From: Eledone cirrhosa | Taxonomy: Eukaryota | NCBI GenBank assembly: GCA_964016885.1 | Contig: OZ024766.1 | Span: forward strand, 12,834,001-12,898,000 | DNA: 64,000 nucleotides | Direction of reading: 5' to 3' | Shown here: positions 53,423 to 63,263 of the stretch, one piece after another | Layout of the letters: the number at the start of each line of letters is the position of its first letter | Numbering within the stretch: position 1 is the first letter of the stretch | Notes under the pieces: model-generated | What the model was told of the DNA's origin: nothing | Database searches by the model: none | Seen by the model: only the letters and a program-made list of their open reading frames with translations | Position numbers and translations under genes: made by a program

Positions 53423-53510
53423 TCCTCTTGATAAGTCGGCAGACCTCGCAAGGACTCTATATCTTTGATATATTGTTTTTGTTTATGCCACGAAACTACG
53501 TAGTCGAGGA
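53423..53510 (+). ncRNA. Type I hammerhead ribozyme (U3-A8 variant), predicted cleavage after C53505
   Basis: Stem I UCCUC/GAGGA; core UUGAUAA and GAAA; stem II GU(C)GGCA/UGCCAC; palindromic stem III ACUACGUAGU; GUC triplet. Confidence 0.8.
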
Positions 53511-54013
53511 ATTTAGGAACAGTTTAGGTATGATACATTTTATTACTAATTATATCTAAATGTTTCTTCTCTCTTCATAATGTATTTTTAACTCTGATAC
53601 TGGTTCAGTCTGGTTCAAACTGAATTGGTCTGTCCCAGTCATTCATTGAGCAACATCGGTGAAGTTGGCACCCTTAACTCACAGTTGGGTGCGGATGCAT
53701 TCATGTATATATGTGTGTGTCCGCGTGTATCTGTGTGTTTCTAAATGTATTAATAACTCCCTCTGGTCGAGCAATCTTTGAAGTGTGGGGACAACTGGAA
53801 AGCTTCCATTACTCATACTTCTCGCCTTCTTCACTACCTCTTCTACGGCCTCGATATGAATACCCCCTCCGCCTCCGTGGTATTTTTTTCGTGGTTATAG
53901 GAGGCTTAGCTCTGTTTCTCGACCGTTATATCGCGTGACTATCTCCCCCTCCGCCTTTTGGGATTCTTTCTCACGTCGTGTAGACGCGTTCTTGAGACTA
54001 GTAAAATGAGGTA

Positions 54014-54101
54014 TCCTCTTGATAAGTCGGCAGACCTCGCAAGGACTCTATATCTTTGATATATTGTTTTTGTTTATGCCACGAAACTACGTAGTCGAGG
54101 A
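54014..54101 (+). ncRNA. Type I hammerhead ribozyme (U3-A8 variant), predicted cleavage after C54096
   Basis: Identical to 53423-53510, 591 bp downstream. Confidence 0.8.
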
Positions 54102-54170
54102 ATTTAGGAACAGTTTAGGTATGATACATTTTATTACTAATTATATCTAAATGTTTCTTCTCTTCATAAC

Positions 54171-54244
<74 letters not shown>

Positions 54245-54614
54245 TATCGAGAATTGGAATCTCGGCCCACGAAATAGCGAAGCACAATCTTCGAAATGCG
54301 TGGCAAAGGGCTCAATAGTTTGGATAAACCAGAGCTATAACTAACGTTTAAATACCAACACACAGAGACAATGCTTAAAATCATTCGCACAGCCGAAAAA
54401 ACGACCAGGAAAATTCGGGTCAGACAAATAATAATATAAATGAATGAAAAATATTTACCCGGACCCGCTAGAAGGATGGTAAATTCCACCATTTTGGTTT
54501 CTGCGGCTCCTAAATCAGTTACCGTCAGCTTACATAATATATATATATATGTATATATATATATACATCGTGCAATGTAAAGTGTGAAACAGCTTGGTAC
54601 CAGTAACGTCACAG

Positions 54615-55010
54615 CTCATCATTTAACATCCACTTTCCCTGCTAGCAAGGATTGGTCAGGTCTTCACAAACCAGAATGGAGTGGGGGGTCCACACCTCGT
54701 TTACATATTGTCCCACATTCTACTGAGTGTATTGTGGCACCCTTACTAAAGATGGTGTCATGTCTTCAACACAACTGAACCGTCCTCCCAACCTTTTGTT
54801 TGGCGAGTTTTGTGTGGCTGGGTACCCTCCCTACCACCAACAACTTTACATCACTCACTGGGTGTATTTATGTAGACCCCAACACTACGATGGTTGCCAT
54901 GCCCTTAACACAACTAAAGGGTCCTCAAAACCCTTCTTTTGTAAGCTCTCTGTGATTAGAAACGCTTCCTATCACATCCACATTAAAGCATGTGCTGGGT
55001 ACGTTTATCG
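54615..55010 (-). mobile_element. Degenerate RTE-tail element (LINE 3' end or SINE)
   Basis: CATCATTTAACATCCACTTTCCCTGCTAGCAAGG and degenerate GGCTGG..CCCT.CCTA.CACCAAC as in 41599-41760. Confidence 0.6.
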
Positions 55011-55017
55011 TGTAGAT

Positions 55018-55182
55018 CAGGCATGTCAAACTGAGGGTACCCCGACGACCACATGGGCATATTACAACTAATTTTTCTTTACTTTATATTACCAAGATAA
55101 AACATGCTCCTGCTGTAAAAACATATGTGCGGGCCTCAGATGTGCTTGTAAAGGGCCGTAGGCAGCATATTTTACATGCCTG
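55018..55182. mobile_element. hAT (Charlie-like) MITE
   Basis: TIR CAGGCATGT(C)AAA / TTTACATGCCTG; perfect 8-bp TSD GTGTAGAT (55010-55017, 55183-55190). Confidence 0.88.
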
Positions 55183-56089
55183 GTGTAGATCACCAACACT
55201 AGAGATATTGTAATGTCTTTGATACTACATAGGGGTCCTCTCAACCTATATATACTATACATATATATGTATACTGTAGAGATGCTATGTATACACTATT
55301 GGAAAGACAGCAGCACACTTGAGGAAGGAGCCCAGTGAGGTGGAGTGGGTGTTGCAATGGTCACATTCCTGCCCTTCATTAAGACATCTCTCTAGGTCAC
55401 ACTGTTATAAAGCTTGTGACTTCGTTTTCACCCAATGATGGAGACCAATTCTTCGTTATAGTTAAATACATTCGATGTTCAGAGAGTGGGAGTTGACCCC
55501 TGCTAAACCTTTCATCACTTAAAAAAGCTTCGAGCCCAGGCATCGCTTGATATGTGACATTTTTGCGATGCATGGCCTTCCTGGCCTTAGGCAAGTCTCT
55601 TGTAGGACTAAAACGCTACGTCCGTGGTGTTTATACTTAAGTATCAAGCGATGGCATTACTCGAAATCTAGTTGCAGCCATCAGCATGTATGTATACAAG
55701 TATACATATACACACAAGTATACATAAACACACGTAGACACACACACACACCCATGGGAAACAACTCAGCTACAGATAATAGTTGTCATTCTGAGTTATC
55801 GTTCTTGATTGTCAAATAGTTTAACGCTTGGCTCAGTGTGAGAACATGTACAGAGTAATTCAAAGACATTTACTGAAAGGTCTATAAACTAAAATTAATT
55901 GTAATTAATGTATGGGAAATTCACATCTCTTCAAATATGTCTATACATTACATATCAAAACTGTGTGATGTTATTACACGCTGAATGCTATTCAAACATA
56001 TTTTGTATTTAGTGGTAAGTTCTGTCTGTCTCTACACACAAACATATATGTGTATATATGTTTTCGTTGAAGTGTTGCACTATATATAT

Positions 56090-56418
56090 GGAGGCACATG
56101 GCTTAGTAGTTAGAGCATTGGCCTTGCAATCGAAAGGTTGTGAGTTCAATTCCCAGACCGGCTGATGTGCTGTTTCCTTGAGTAAGACACTTTATTTCAC
56201 ATTGCTCCAGTTTACTCAGCTGTAGAAGTGAGTTGATAGGGACTAATGTCCCTATCATTCCACTGCAAAGTGGTCGTGGAGGTGCCACGGCAAAAAAGCA
56301 CCCAGTACTCACTGTAAATGAGGTTGGTGTTAGGAAGGGCATCCAGCTGTAGAAATCAAGCCAGAATCCTTGCAAGCAGGGAAAAGTGGACGTAAAATGA
56401 AATGATGATGATGATGAT
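56090..56418 (+). mobile_element. tRNA-derived SINE with RTE-derived 3' part and (GAT)n tail
   Basis: A box TGGCTTAGTAG, B box GAGTTCAATTCC, CCTTGAGTAAGACAC core, GGTTGGTGTTAGGAAGGGCATCCAGC, tail shared with LINE 47464-51070. Confidence 0.88.
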
Positions 56419-56463
56419 ATATTTTTTCACTTGGTATTTTTACTATAGAAATATCTTGGTACA

Positions 56464-56663
56464 TATGAGGGTCGGCTGTAAAGTTCATAGACTAAAATAC
56501 TCTCATGGAATGTTCAAATGAGGTTTATTTTTCAACATAGTCTCTGGAAAAGAAACAATTCAGTTATTAATAAGAAGTGTTGAAATTAATGCATTCAACA
56601 TTTCACAGCTCTAGCATCACTCCTTCATGGTCAGCCTATGAACTTTCCTGCCCATCTTCGTTA
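56464..56663. mobile_element. Tc1/mariner-derived MITE
   Basis: Imperfect TIRs TATGAGGGTCGGCTGTAAAGTTCATAG / CTATGAACTTTCCTGCCCATCTTCGTTA; TA at both ends. Confidence 0.65.
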
Positions 56664-56834
56664 AAAAGTGACAAGACTCACTCAATTACATGCTACAACA
56701 GGGTTTACTTGTGTCCCACCTCGCCTAAATAGTTTCGTAAATATTATTAAATAAAGTTATTGTAATTGAACTTTTTAAATAAATTTTTTAAATAAAACCC
56801 GTCTCACTGTCGTATGTAATAACTGTTACTGATT

Positions 56835-57185
56835 TAGGGACAACGACAATAGTTTTGGTGGGAGGGGTAGTCCAATAAACCTACCTTAGTGCGTTACTGG
56901 TACTTTGTTTTATAGACCCCGTAAATGTGAAAGGAGAGGCTACCCTCGACGGCATTGGTTTCACAGTCAATTTCTTTCAGAAAGGATAGATAGATACGGG
57001 GAACAAGAGAGTGGGTGTGTATGTGATACAGAGATATAGAGGAAGAATCGATCCCAGTACTGGACTGCTACTTTTATTTTGTTGATCTCGATAGGATGAA
57101 AATCAAAGTTGACTTCGGTGGTATTTGAACACAGAGCGCAGATCTTGAAGGAATACCACAAGGAATTTTCTGCCAATTCACCGCT
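56835..57185 (-). mobile_element. Two degenerate SINE fragments (family of 51073)
   Basis: TACTGGTACTTTGTTTTATAGACCCC and GGATGAAAATCAAAGTTGACTTCGGTGGTATTTGAAC. Confidence 0.6.
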
Positions 57186-57319
57186 TTGGACATAAATGTA
57201 TTCTCAACAAAATGAAAGACTTGATGAAAGACGTCGATAAGCAGTAATTAATCTATCTAATTAGGTAAGTGCAACTATATCGATCTACTAAAGGGGGGAA
57301 TGAAAAGAAAAGTAAAAAG

Positions 57320-57750
57320 AAAGGGATCAAGTAGCGAAAGAAATGGAGAGGGGGGAAGGACAGATTCTAGTCCCTAGTCTGAATGGTGGCTCAGCCGTAC
57401 CCCGTGGTCAAAATGGAAAATAGATTACTGCAGAGAATGGCCAGAGACACCTGCTACACCAGCCACACCACCTCACAAGAATCCCCCCTCAAACAGGCCA
57501 CCATCTGTTTCAATTAAAATACAGAGATATATCTGTATTCTCTTCTTTTAAATTATTTTATATTTTAATTGAAACTGACGGCGGTCCGGTTAAGGAGAGA
57601 ACCTCGTGAGGTGTGGTGGTTGGTGCAGTGGGTGTCTCTGGTCATTCTCCGCGGCAATGTCTTTTCCATTTTGACCACGGGGTTCTGCTCAGACTGGGGT
57701 CTATTGTCTGTTCTTCTCCCACTCCCTTTCTTTCGCTACTTGATCCCTTT
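57320..57750. repeat. Diverged inverted repeat, ~200-bp arms, ~40-bp spacer
   Basis: AAAGGGATCAAGTAGCGAAAGAAA / TTTCTTTCGCTACTTGATCCCTTT; CCCCGTGGTCAAAATGGAAAA / TTTTCCATTTTGACCACGGGG. Confidence 0.85.
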
Positions 57751-58589
57751 TTCTTCCTCCCTTTTTTGTTTCCTCTGATAGTGTTTTGTTTTTAATTTGA
57801 TACTCTTCAATAATCTTTACACAAGGTCCATGGTTTTTCATGGTATTGTGAGATTTTCTATATTGAATATGTTTGTTTTTATGTTTAATTCTTTAAATGA
57901 TATACTTAGAATAAATCATAATGAGCCACTTACTCTCGGCTCCCAAATAATAGGAGGGGGGGGGGGGGAGTGACCGGCTCGGTAAGGAAACGGTCAGTGA
58001 AGTCTTGTATTTCTAGTTATAGGTGACACTACTCAGATTTTCTGGATTTCTGGCTCGGTACTCCGTGTTGCACCTTTTGAGTGTAAATTAAAATAGAAAT
58101 CAAAATATTGCTTTGCTTATCAAACAATTTGATCACCTCCTAAAATACTTTATCGAACATTTTTCAAAATCGAAACACTATCTTATGAGACATAAAGGCA
58201 CACACAGGTGCTACCCAACGTCTATATATGCATCTATATATATACCAAGCATGGGAAACCTTGTAATGAGAAAGCTACTGCACCTACCGCAATTCTGCTA
58301 GCTCACTCAGCGAGATAGGCTCAGCCACGTGGGTATAATGCGTTTGCCAAGTTGCAGCTCGCAATTTGCACGTCCGCCCTCGCGGGTCACAGCCGAAAGA
58401 GGGCCCACAGATGCTCCTGGGTACGCATCTTACGTCACTTCCTCTTCCGCCTCCGGTCGATCGTCTCCAGCTTCCGGTCACCCCCAAACCACCACACCAT
58501 CCCCACATGCCCCCCTGATCTCAAGGATCAATCTCCCCCTCACACTGCTTCTTGTGATAATCTGCCGTCCATCCAGGCGGTCAGCGATC

Positions 58590-59200
58590 TCATTGCGATC
58601 CCCGTAATGTTGGGGCGGCGCTTTGGATTTCCTCTTCCTTGGAGTCCGTTGACACAACGACAATACGGACATCCCGGATATGACTTGGCACTCCGTCCAC
58701 GGACACGTTATTCTGAGAATTTACGGCCATCACCGTTCCCTTTCCCCATTGAGATGTGCAACGTGCGTCTGGGGGCTTAACCCAGACTTCCTCGCCCACC
58801 TGTACGAATGCGTTCTCTCTCTCCACTGGCCGTTGTGGTACAGTGCACGGGTGCCACCAGTCGTATCTGTATATTGCTCTGTGTGGCACCGATTCCTCAG
58901 CCTGTCCCACCCGAGGGGACATGTTGTACCAAAACACTGCCTCCATTGGTGATATGTTCCCCCGCCCCGCCATCTTTACCTCCCTGCGACCTCCACATTC
59001 AATCTTCCTACCGTCGACTGCCTTTACGCTACTCTTCCCTCAACACTTCTGCACCACCCCCGGGGTCAATAGTGTCGTCGTACAGCCGGTGTCCACTATA
59101 GCTCGTAATGGCTTCCCCCTCACAAAGATTTTTACCACGGGCAGCGCCTCTACTTGCGAGGAGTAGCTACGGGCGCAGTAGCCCCCCTTGGACCATTTCC
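58590..59200 (-). pseudogene. pol: pol remnant: aspartic protease joined in frame to integrase C-terminus
   Basis: -1 frame to gag reads LPVVKIFVRGKPLRAIVDTGCTTTLL, TGA at ~59040, then AVFWYNMSPR..VGEEVWVK. Confidence 0.8.
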
Positions 59201-59914
59201 CTGGTCGCAACTGGTAGCGATGTGGCCTGGCCGCTTACACCGGTAACAAATTATGTCCGGCATTGACTCTCTACAGTCTCTCGCCATGTGCGCGCCCTGG
59301 CACCTAAAACAACCAGCTGTAAACGTTCGCGGGCGACTGCGCGCCCTGTTTGTCTCTCTTTCGCCATTTCGCTGTCGGCTGCCCCGCGCCTCCGTCACTG
59401 CTAGTGCCGCATCACTCTTCTTGGCATCCTCTGCTATGATGCGGGCTTGCTCTATCAGTGCACACATCTCCACTTCCTTGTAGCCAGGTATTTTCTGCAG
59501 TATCACCGCGATATCATCCGGAAGTCCGTTTATGAACGCCAACCGCACTGCATGTTCGCATTCCACCTGAAACCCAGCCAGCATGGCCAGTGGCCTTATC
59601 TCCGCTGCAAAAATATCCACACGCTCACCGTTTCACCTAATCCTTGCCAGCTTAGCAAACCGGGTAAGCGGTCCTCCCTCGAATGCTTCCATCATACGCC
59701 GCTCAATTTTTTGCGCGTCCCTCTGGCTGAGGTCGTCCATCTCGAGGTACAACGCTAGCGCGTCACCTTCAAGATGGAGTGCGATGAGGCCCGCTACATC
59801 GTCTATCTTTTGCAGCTCAGCGACCAGCCGAACCTTTCGCATCCAGGCGACAATGTCACCTTCACCGGTAAAAGCTCTAATTACTTCTCCGCTCATCCGT
59901 AATCTCGTCGTCAT
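59150..59914 (-). pseudogene. gag: gag with one in-frame TGA (59633-59635)
   Basis: ORFs 59633-60013 and 59150-59620 share a frame; CFRCQGAHMARDC and CYRCKRPGHIATSC. Confidence 0.85.
59160..59201 (-). promoter_or_regulatory. Candidate -1 ribosomal frameshift signal (G GGA AAU plus stem-loop)
   Basis: Heptamer 59201-59195 in gag phase; GCUAC/GUAGC stem downstream; -1 frame open into protease. Confidence 0.7.
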
Positions 59915-60029
59915 CTCCTTAGTCCTGCGATGAGTAACAAACAACAGAATCTTCTCTGTTTTCCGGCAGCTTTGTCTTAAAAAAATAATTCTTCCTTTTT
60001 TGTTTTTATTCAATTGTAAGTCTTCAGAT

Positions 60030-60041
60030 GCCGAAATAGCT
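60030..60041 (-). promoter_or_regulatory. Non-canonical primer-binding site AGCTATTTCGGC, complementary to tRNA-Phe nt 1-12
   Basis: Immediately follows the 5' LTR end (..GTTACA); + strand reads GCCGAAATAGCT. Confidence 0.6.
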
Positions 60042-60336
60042 TGTAACGAGAAAGCTACTGCACTTACCGCAATTCTGCAAGCTCACTCAGCGAGCTAGGC
60101 TCATCCACGTGGGTATAATCCGTTCGCCAAGTTGCAGTTTGCAATTCGCACGTCCGTCCGTCGCGGGTTACAGCCGAAAGAGGGCCCACCAATGCTCCTG
60201 GGTACGCATCTCACGTCACTTCCTCTTCCACCTCCGGTCACCTCCTCCACACCACCACACCATTGACACAGAGATATGGCTCATCAGCAGGCGGGTCACA
60301 AGCGCTAATTTACATTCGTGCCCACATTAAAAAAAA

Positions 60337-60526
60337 CAGGGGTGGTAACTCAGGTTGTTTTGATTTGTTTCTTCAGCATTCGTACACGTTGTTTTCCTCG
60401 ATCGTAAATATGATTGAAAGATAAATTACGACTGAAAAGTTGGGGTAAAAGATCTGAAAGATTTCACTTTGGTGACTTAGGCGAGCCATTCAGAAAGCTT
60501 CGTGGGCTGCAGGTTGCCCATACGTG
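60337..60526. mobile_element. Possible old hAT MITE
   Basis: Degenerate TIRs CAGGGGTGGTAAC / GGTTGCCCATACGTG; no TSD seen. Confidence 0.35.
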
Positions 60527-60691
60527 TTTATATGTCAATATATGTCTGTGTATGTATGTGATAGTTAGGTGTGTAACTACAGTTACGCGCCGTTAGAAGG
60601 ACTCAATGTTGTTACGGGGTTCGTCTCGATTAGGATGTATTCCAGGGTTACGGCTGTAATTTACAGAGTGTAGATTGAAAAGAATCGAAGT

Positions 60692-60775
60692 CATATTACA
60701 ATTGTTTCGATATCAGGTTAGGGTACAATCAAGATGACGGGACCCGACACTTTATTTGACATCTCTTCAGATATG
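60692..60775 (-). ncRNA. Type I hammerhead ribozyme, canonical core
   Basis: CAUAU-CUGAAGA-GAUGUCA...UGAUAUC-GAAA-CAAUUG-UA-AUAUG. Confidence 0.8.
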
Positions 60776-61112
60776 TGAATATATAGCTGCAAAGGCAGAT
60801 TTAAACTGTTAATAGAGGTCTCGATATCTATTTACAATTATTAATGGGTCTTTAGGGGGCCGAGGGAGTAACGGTATGTTTACATTTAAAGGTTGAAGAA
60901 TAAATAATAATAAATATTATATATATATAACTTCTACGGAGTATATAAATCTTATTTAATTCCTTACATCAGAAAACGAATGTTACCCTTTCAGATGAAA
61001 TATGGTGTAAAGAATAAAATTTAAGAGTTTTGTTTTCTCAATCATATATTTCTGCTAATATATATATATATATATCTTTTTCAGCTGAACTGATTGGAGA
61101 CGCGTGAAATGA

Positions 61113-61189
61113 TCTCTCTCTCTCTCTCTCTCCATATATATATATATAGAATCGCTGTTTTGGATTTTAGTCTTCAAATTTATTATTAT

Positions 61190-61282
<93 letters not shown>

Positions 61283-61342
61283 TGTGTGTGTGTGTGTGTG
61301 TGTGTCTGTGTCTGTCTGTGTGTGTGTGTGTGTGTGTGTGTG
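61113..61342. repeat. Compound microsatellite (CT)n/(TA)n/(TG)n
   Basis: Direct reading; other (TA)n tracts at 27460, 51600, 51720, 51820, 52440, 54172. Confidence 0.95.
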
Positions 61343-61427
61343 CTTCATTTCACGTATCTCCAATCAGTACAGTTGAAAAAGCCGAGTAGCAGCATCAGAT
61401 GGAATTTAACGAAAATTGGATTGAAGG

Positions 61428-62106
61428 TGTGAATTGATATAACTGAAGTTGTTTCTCAATGTATTAAATTATCTAGGGGACTTTTAAGTCATGACACCGG
61501 TGTCAACTAGACGGTGAGATATTACCATTTATATCAGCTCCATTGTTACAACTTAAACCTCAACTCATTTTATCTTTTATGGTGATTATTTCATATTAAG
61601 GTGAAATGAACCAACATTATAACACGATCAACTACCAACACAACACTTAAATTATTGCTATATATGTACACAGGCACATATGATGGCTGCCCCCTCGTTA
61701 TCGAGTATGGCCATTGTACGAAAAAAAATAATTATATATATATATATATATATATTTATACTCACACACACACAAACATACAATTATTTTAGTTGCTTCA
61801 TTCATTTTCATTTTTCACATTTCTAGTTTATTACCTTTAATAATGTGTTTTGTTTTAATATGAACAGTTATGTAACATTAATAATGTTATTTATACAAAT
61901 CTGAATAAATTACTAACATATAGATTGAGCGTGTGAAGTAATATAACGGAAGTTGTTTCTGAATGTATTAAATTATGTGGGGGACTTTTAAGTCATGACA
62001 CCGGTGTCAACTAGACGGTGAAATATTATCATTTATATCAGCTCCATTGTTACAACTTAAACCTCATCTAATTTTATCTTTTATGGTGATTATTTCATAT
62101 TAAGGT
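61428..62106 (+). repeat. Two copies (~61428-61603, ~61932-62106) of a module also found upstream of ZNF-C (~36412-36600)
   Basis: Shared GTATTAAATTAT..GGGACTTTTAA..TGACACCGGTGTCA.. Confidence 0.85.
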
Positions 62107-62504
62107 GGACGTTAATGTTTGTAAATAACATAAGGTGACTTATTTACCTTATAGTTGTTGTTTTATCACCTGTATTATTAAATATTGAGGTGGTTGTTCA
62201 ACACACACGTCGTCTTTTGAAATTATGGATATTAATTCTGTCACCTGAACTGTCCTCAATAACAAGAACCTTAAATTACGAAGATTTATTCGTCTGTTTT
62301 ATGAGCTGAGGATGTTATTGTGAATAGAGCTTCTCTCTCCTTAACAAAAATAAAAAAATATATACACACACACATATATATGTAAGCACTTGCTTTTTAT
62401 TCTTGCAAGATCAGTCTTACGCTTTCATACATCTTATTACTTTACCAACTGGATGCTACATTTCTTAAGATATGAGTGGAAGTGGTGAGATTCATTTATG
62501 AAAT

Positions 62505-63263
62505 ATGTCTGAATATAGTTGTGAGATTTGCAGGAAAACTTTCTCTTCAAGACTGAAACTATCCTCACACGAGAAAATACACAGAGAAAAAACCTTCCAC
62601 TGTGAAATATGTGGGAAATCTTTCATAAATAATTCTGCTCTTGTCGTCCACATACGGAGTCACACTGGAGAAAACCCCTTCCATTGTGAAATATGTGGGA
62701 AATCATTTTCTCAGAGTTCTCAACTTGAACCTCACAAAAGAACACACACTGGTGAAAAACCCTTCCATTGTGAAATATGTGGGAAATCATTTTCTCATAG
62801 TTCTCAACTTGAACCTCACAAAAGAACACACACTGGCGAAAAACCCTTCCATTGTGAAATATGTGGGAAATCTTTCACCCAGAAGTACAATCTTGTACAA
62901 CACAAAAGAAAGCACACAGGAGAAAAACCTTATTCATGTGAAATATGTGGGAAATCTTTTTCTGATAGTTCTAATCTTGTAAAACACACAAGAATACATA
63001 CTGGTGAAAAACTTTATTCATGTGAAATATGTGGGAAATCTTTTTCTGATAGTTCTCATCTTGTAAAACACAAAAGAATACATACTGGTGAAAAACCCTT
63101 CCATTGTGAAATATGTGGTAAATCTTTTTCTCGGAGTTCTCATCTTGTACGTCACAAAAGAATACATACTGGTGAAAAACCTTATTCGTGTGAACTATGC
63201 GGGAAATCTTTCACTGTGAATTCGTCACTGGTTGTTCACCTACGTAGTCAACATTTGCGGTAA
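62505..63263 (+). CDS. C2H2 zinc-finger protein (copy E), 252 aa, 9 fingers
   Basis: Intact ORF; first finger EYSCEICRKTFSS shared with copy C; upstream CAG|TCTTAC at ~62414. Confidence 0.88.
   Translation: MSEYSCEICRKTFSSRLKLSSHEKIHREKTFHCEICGKSFINNSALVVHIRSHTGENPFHCEICGKSFSQSSQLEPHKRTHTGEKPFHCEICGKSFSHSSQLEPHKRTHTGEKPFHCEICGKSFTQKYNLVQHKRKHTGEKPYSCEICGKSFSDSSNLVKHTRIHTGEKLYSCEICGKSFSDSSHLVKHKRIHTGEKPFHCEICGKSFSRSSHLVRHKRIHTGEKPYSCELCGKSFTVNSSLVVHLRSQHLR

Larger units (their letters stand above)
52465..54169. mobile_element. Non-coding 591-bp hammerhead repeat element (retrozyme/Penelope pLTR-like): inverted copy 52465-53036 plus ~1.9 tandem copies 53033-54169, within (TA)n
   Basis: Near-identical copies offset 591 bp; ATTG microhomology at the inversion junction; (TA)n on both flanks. 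Confidence 0.85.
58262..60270 (-). mobile_element. Internally deleted Gypsy LTR retrotransposon, ~2 kb (LTRs ~58262-58507 and 60042-60270)
   Basis: Direct LTRs TG..CA; gag with two CCHC knuckles; protease IVDTG; integrase C-terminus; RT/RNase H absent; no TSD found. Confidence 0.9.

Noticed and set aside
53506-54096. Opposite-polarity ribozyme in the monomer (viroid-like ambisense RNA)
   Set aside because: No second hammerhead core seen on the antisense strand by eye; the - strand hammerhead at 52707 is just the inverted copy.
56090-56160. tRNA gene
   Set aside because: A/B boxes present but continuous with a SINE body and RTE tail; no full cloverleaf.
61055-61432. YI/HT/CV-rich ORFs (also 51260-51905, 52358-52558, 25881-26300)
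   Set aside because: Translations of microsatellites or low-complexity DNA.
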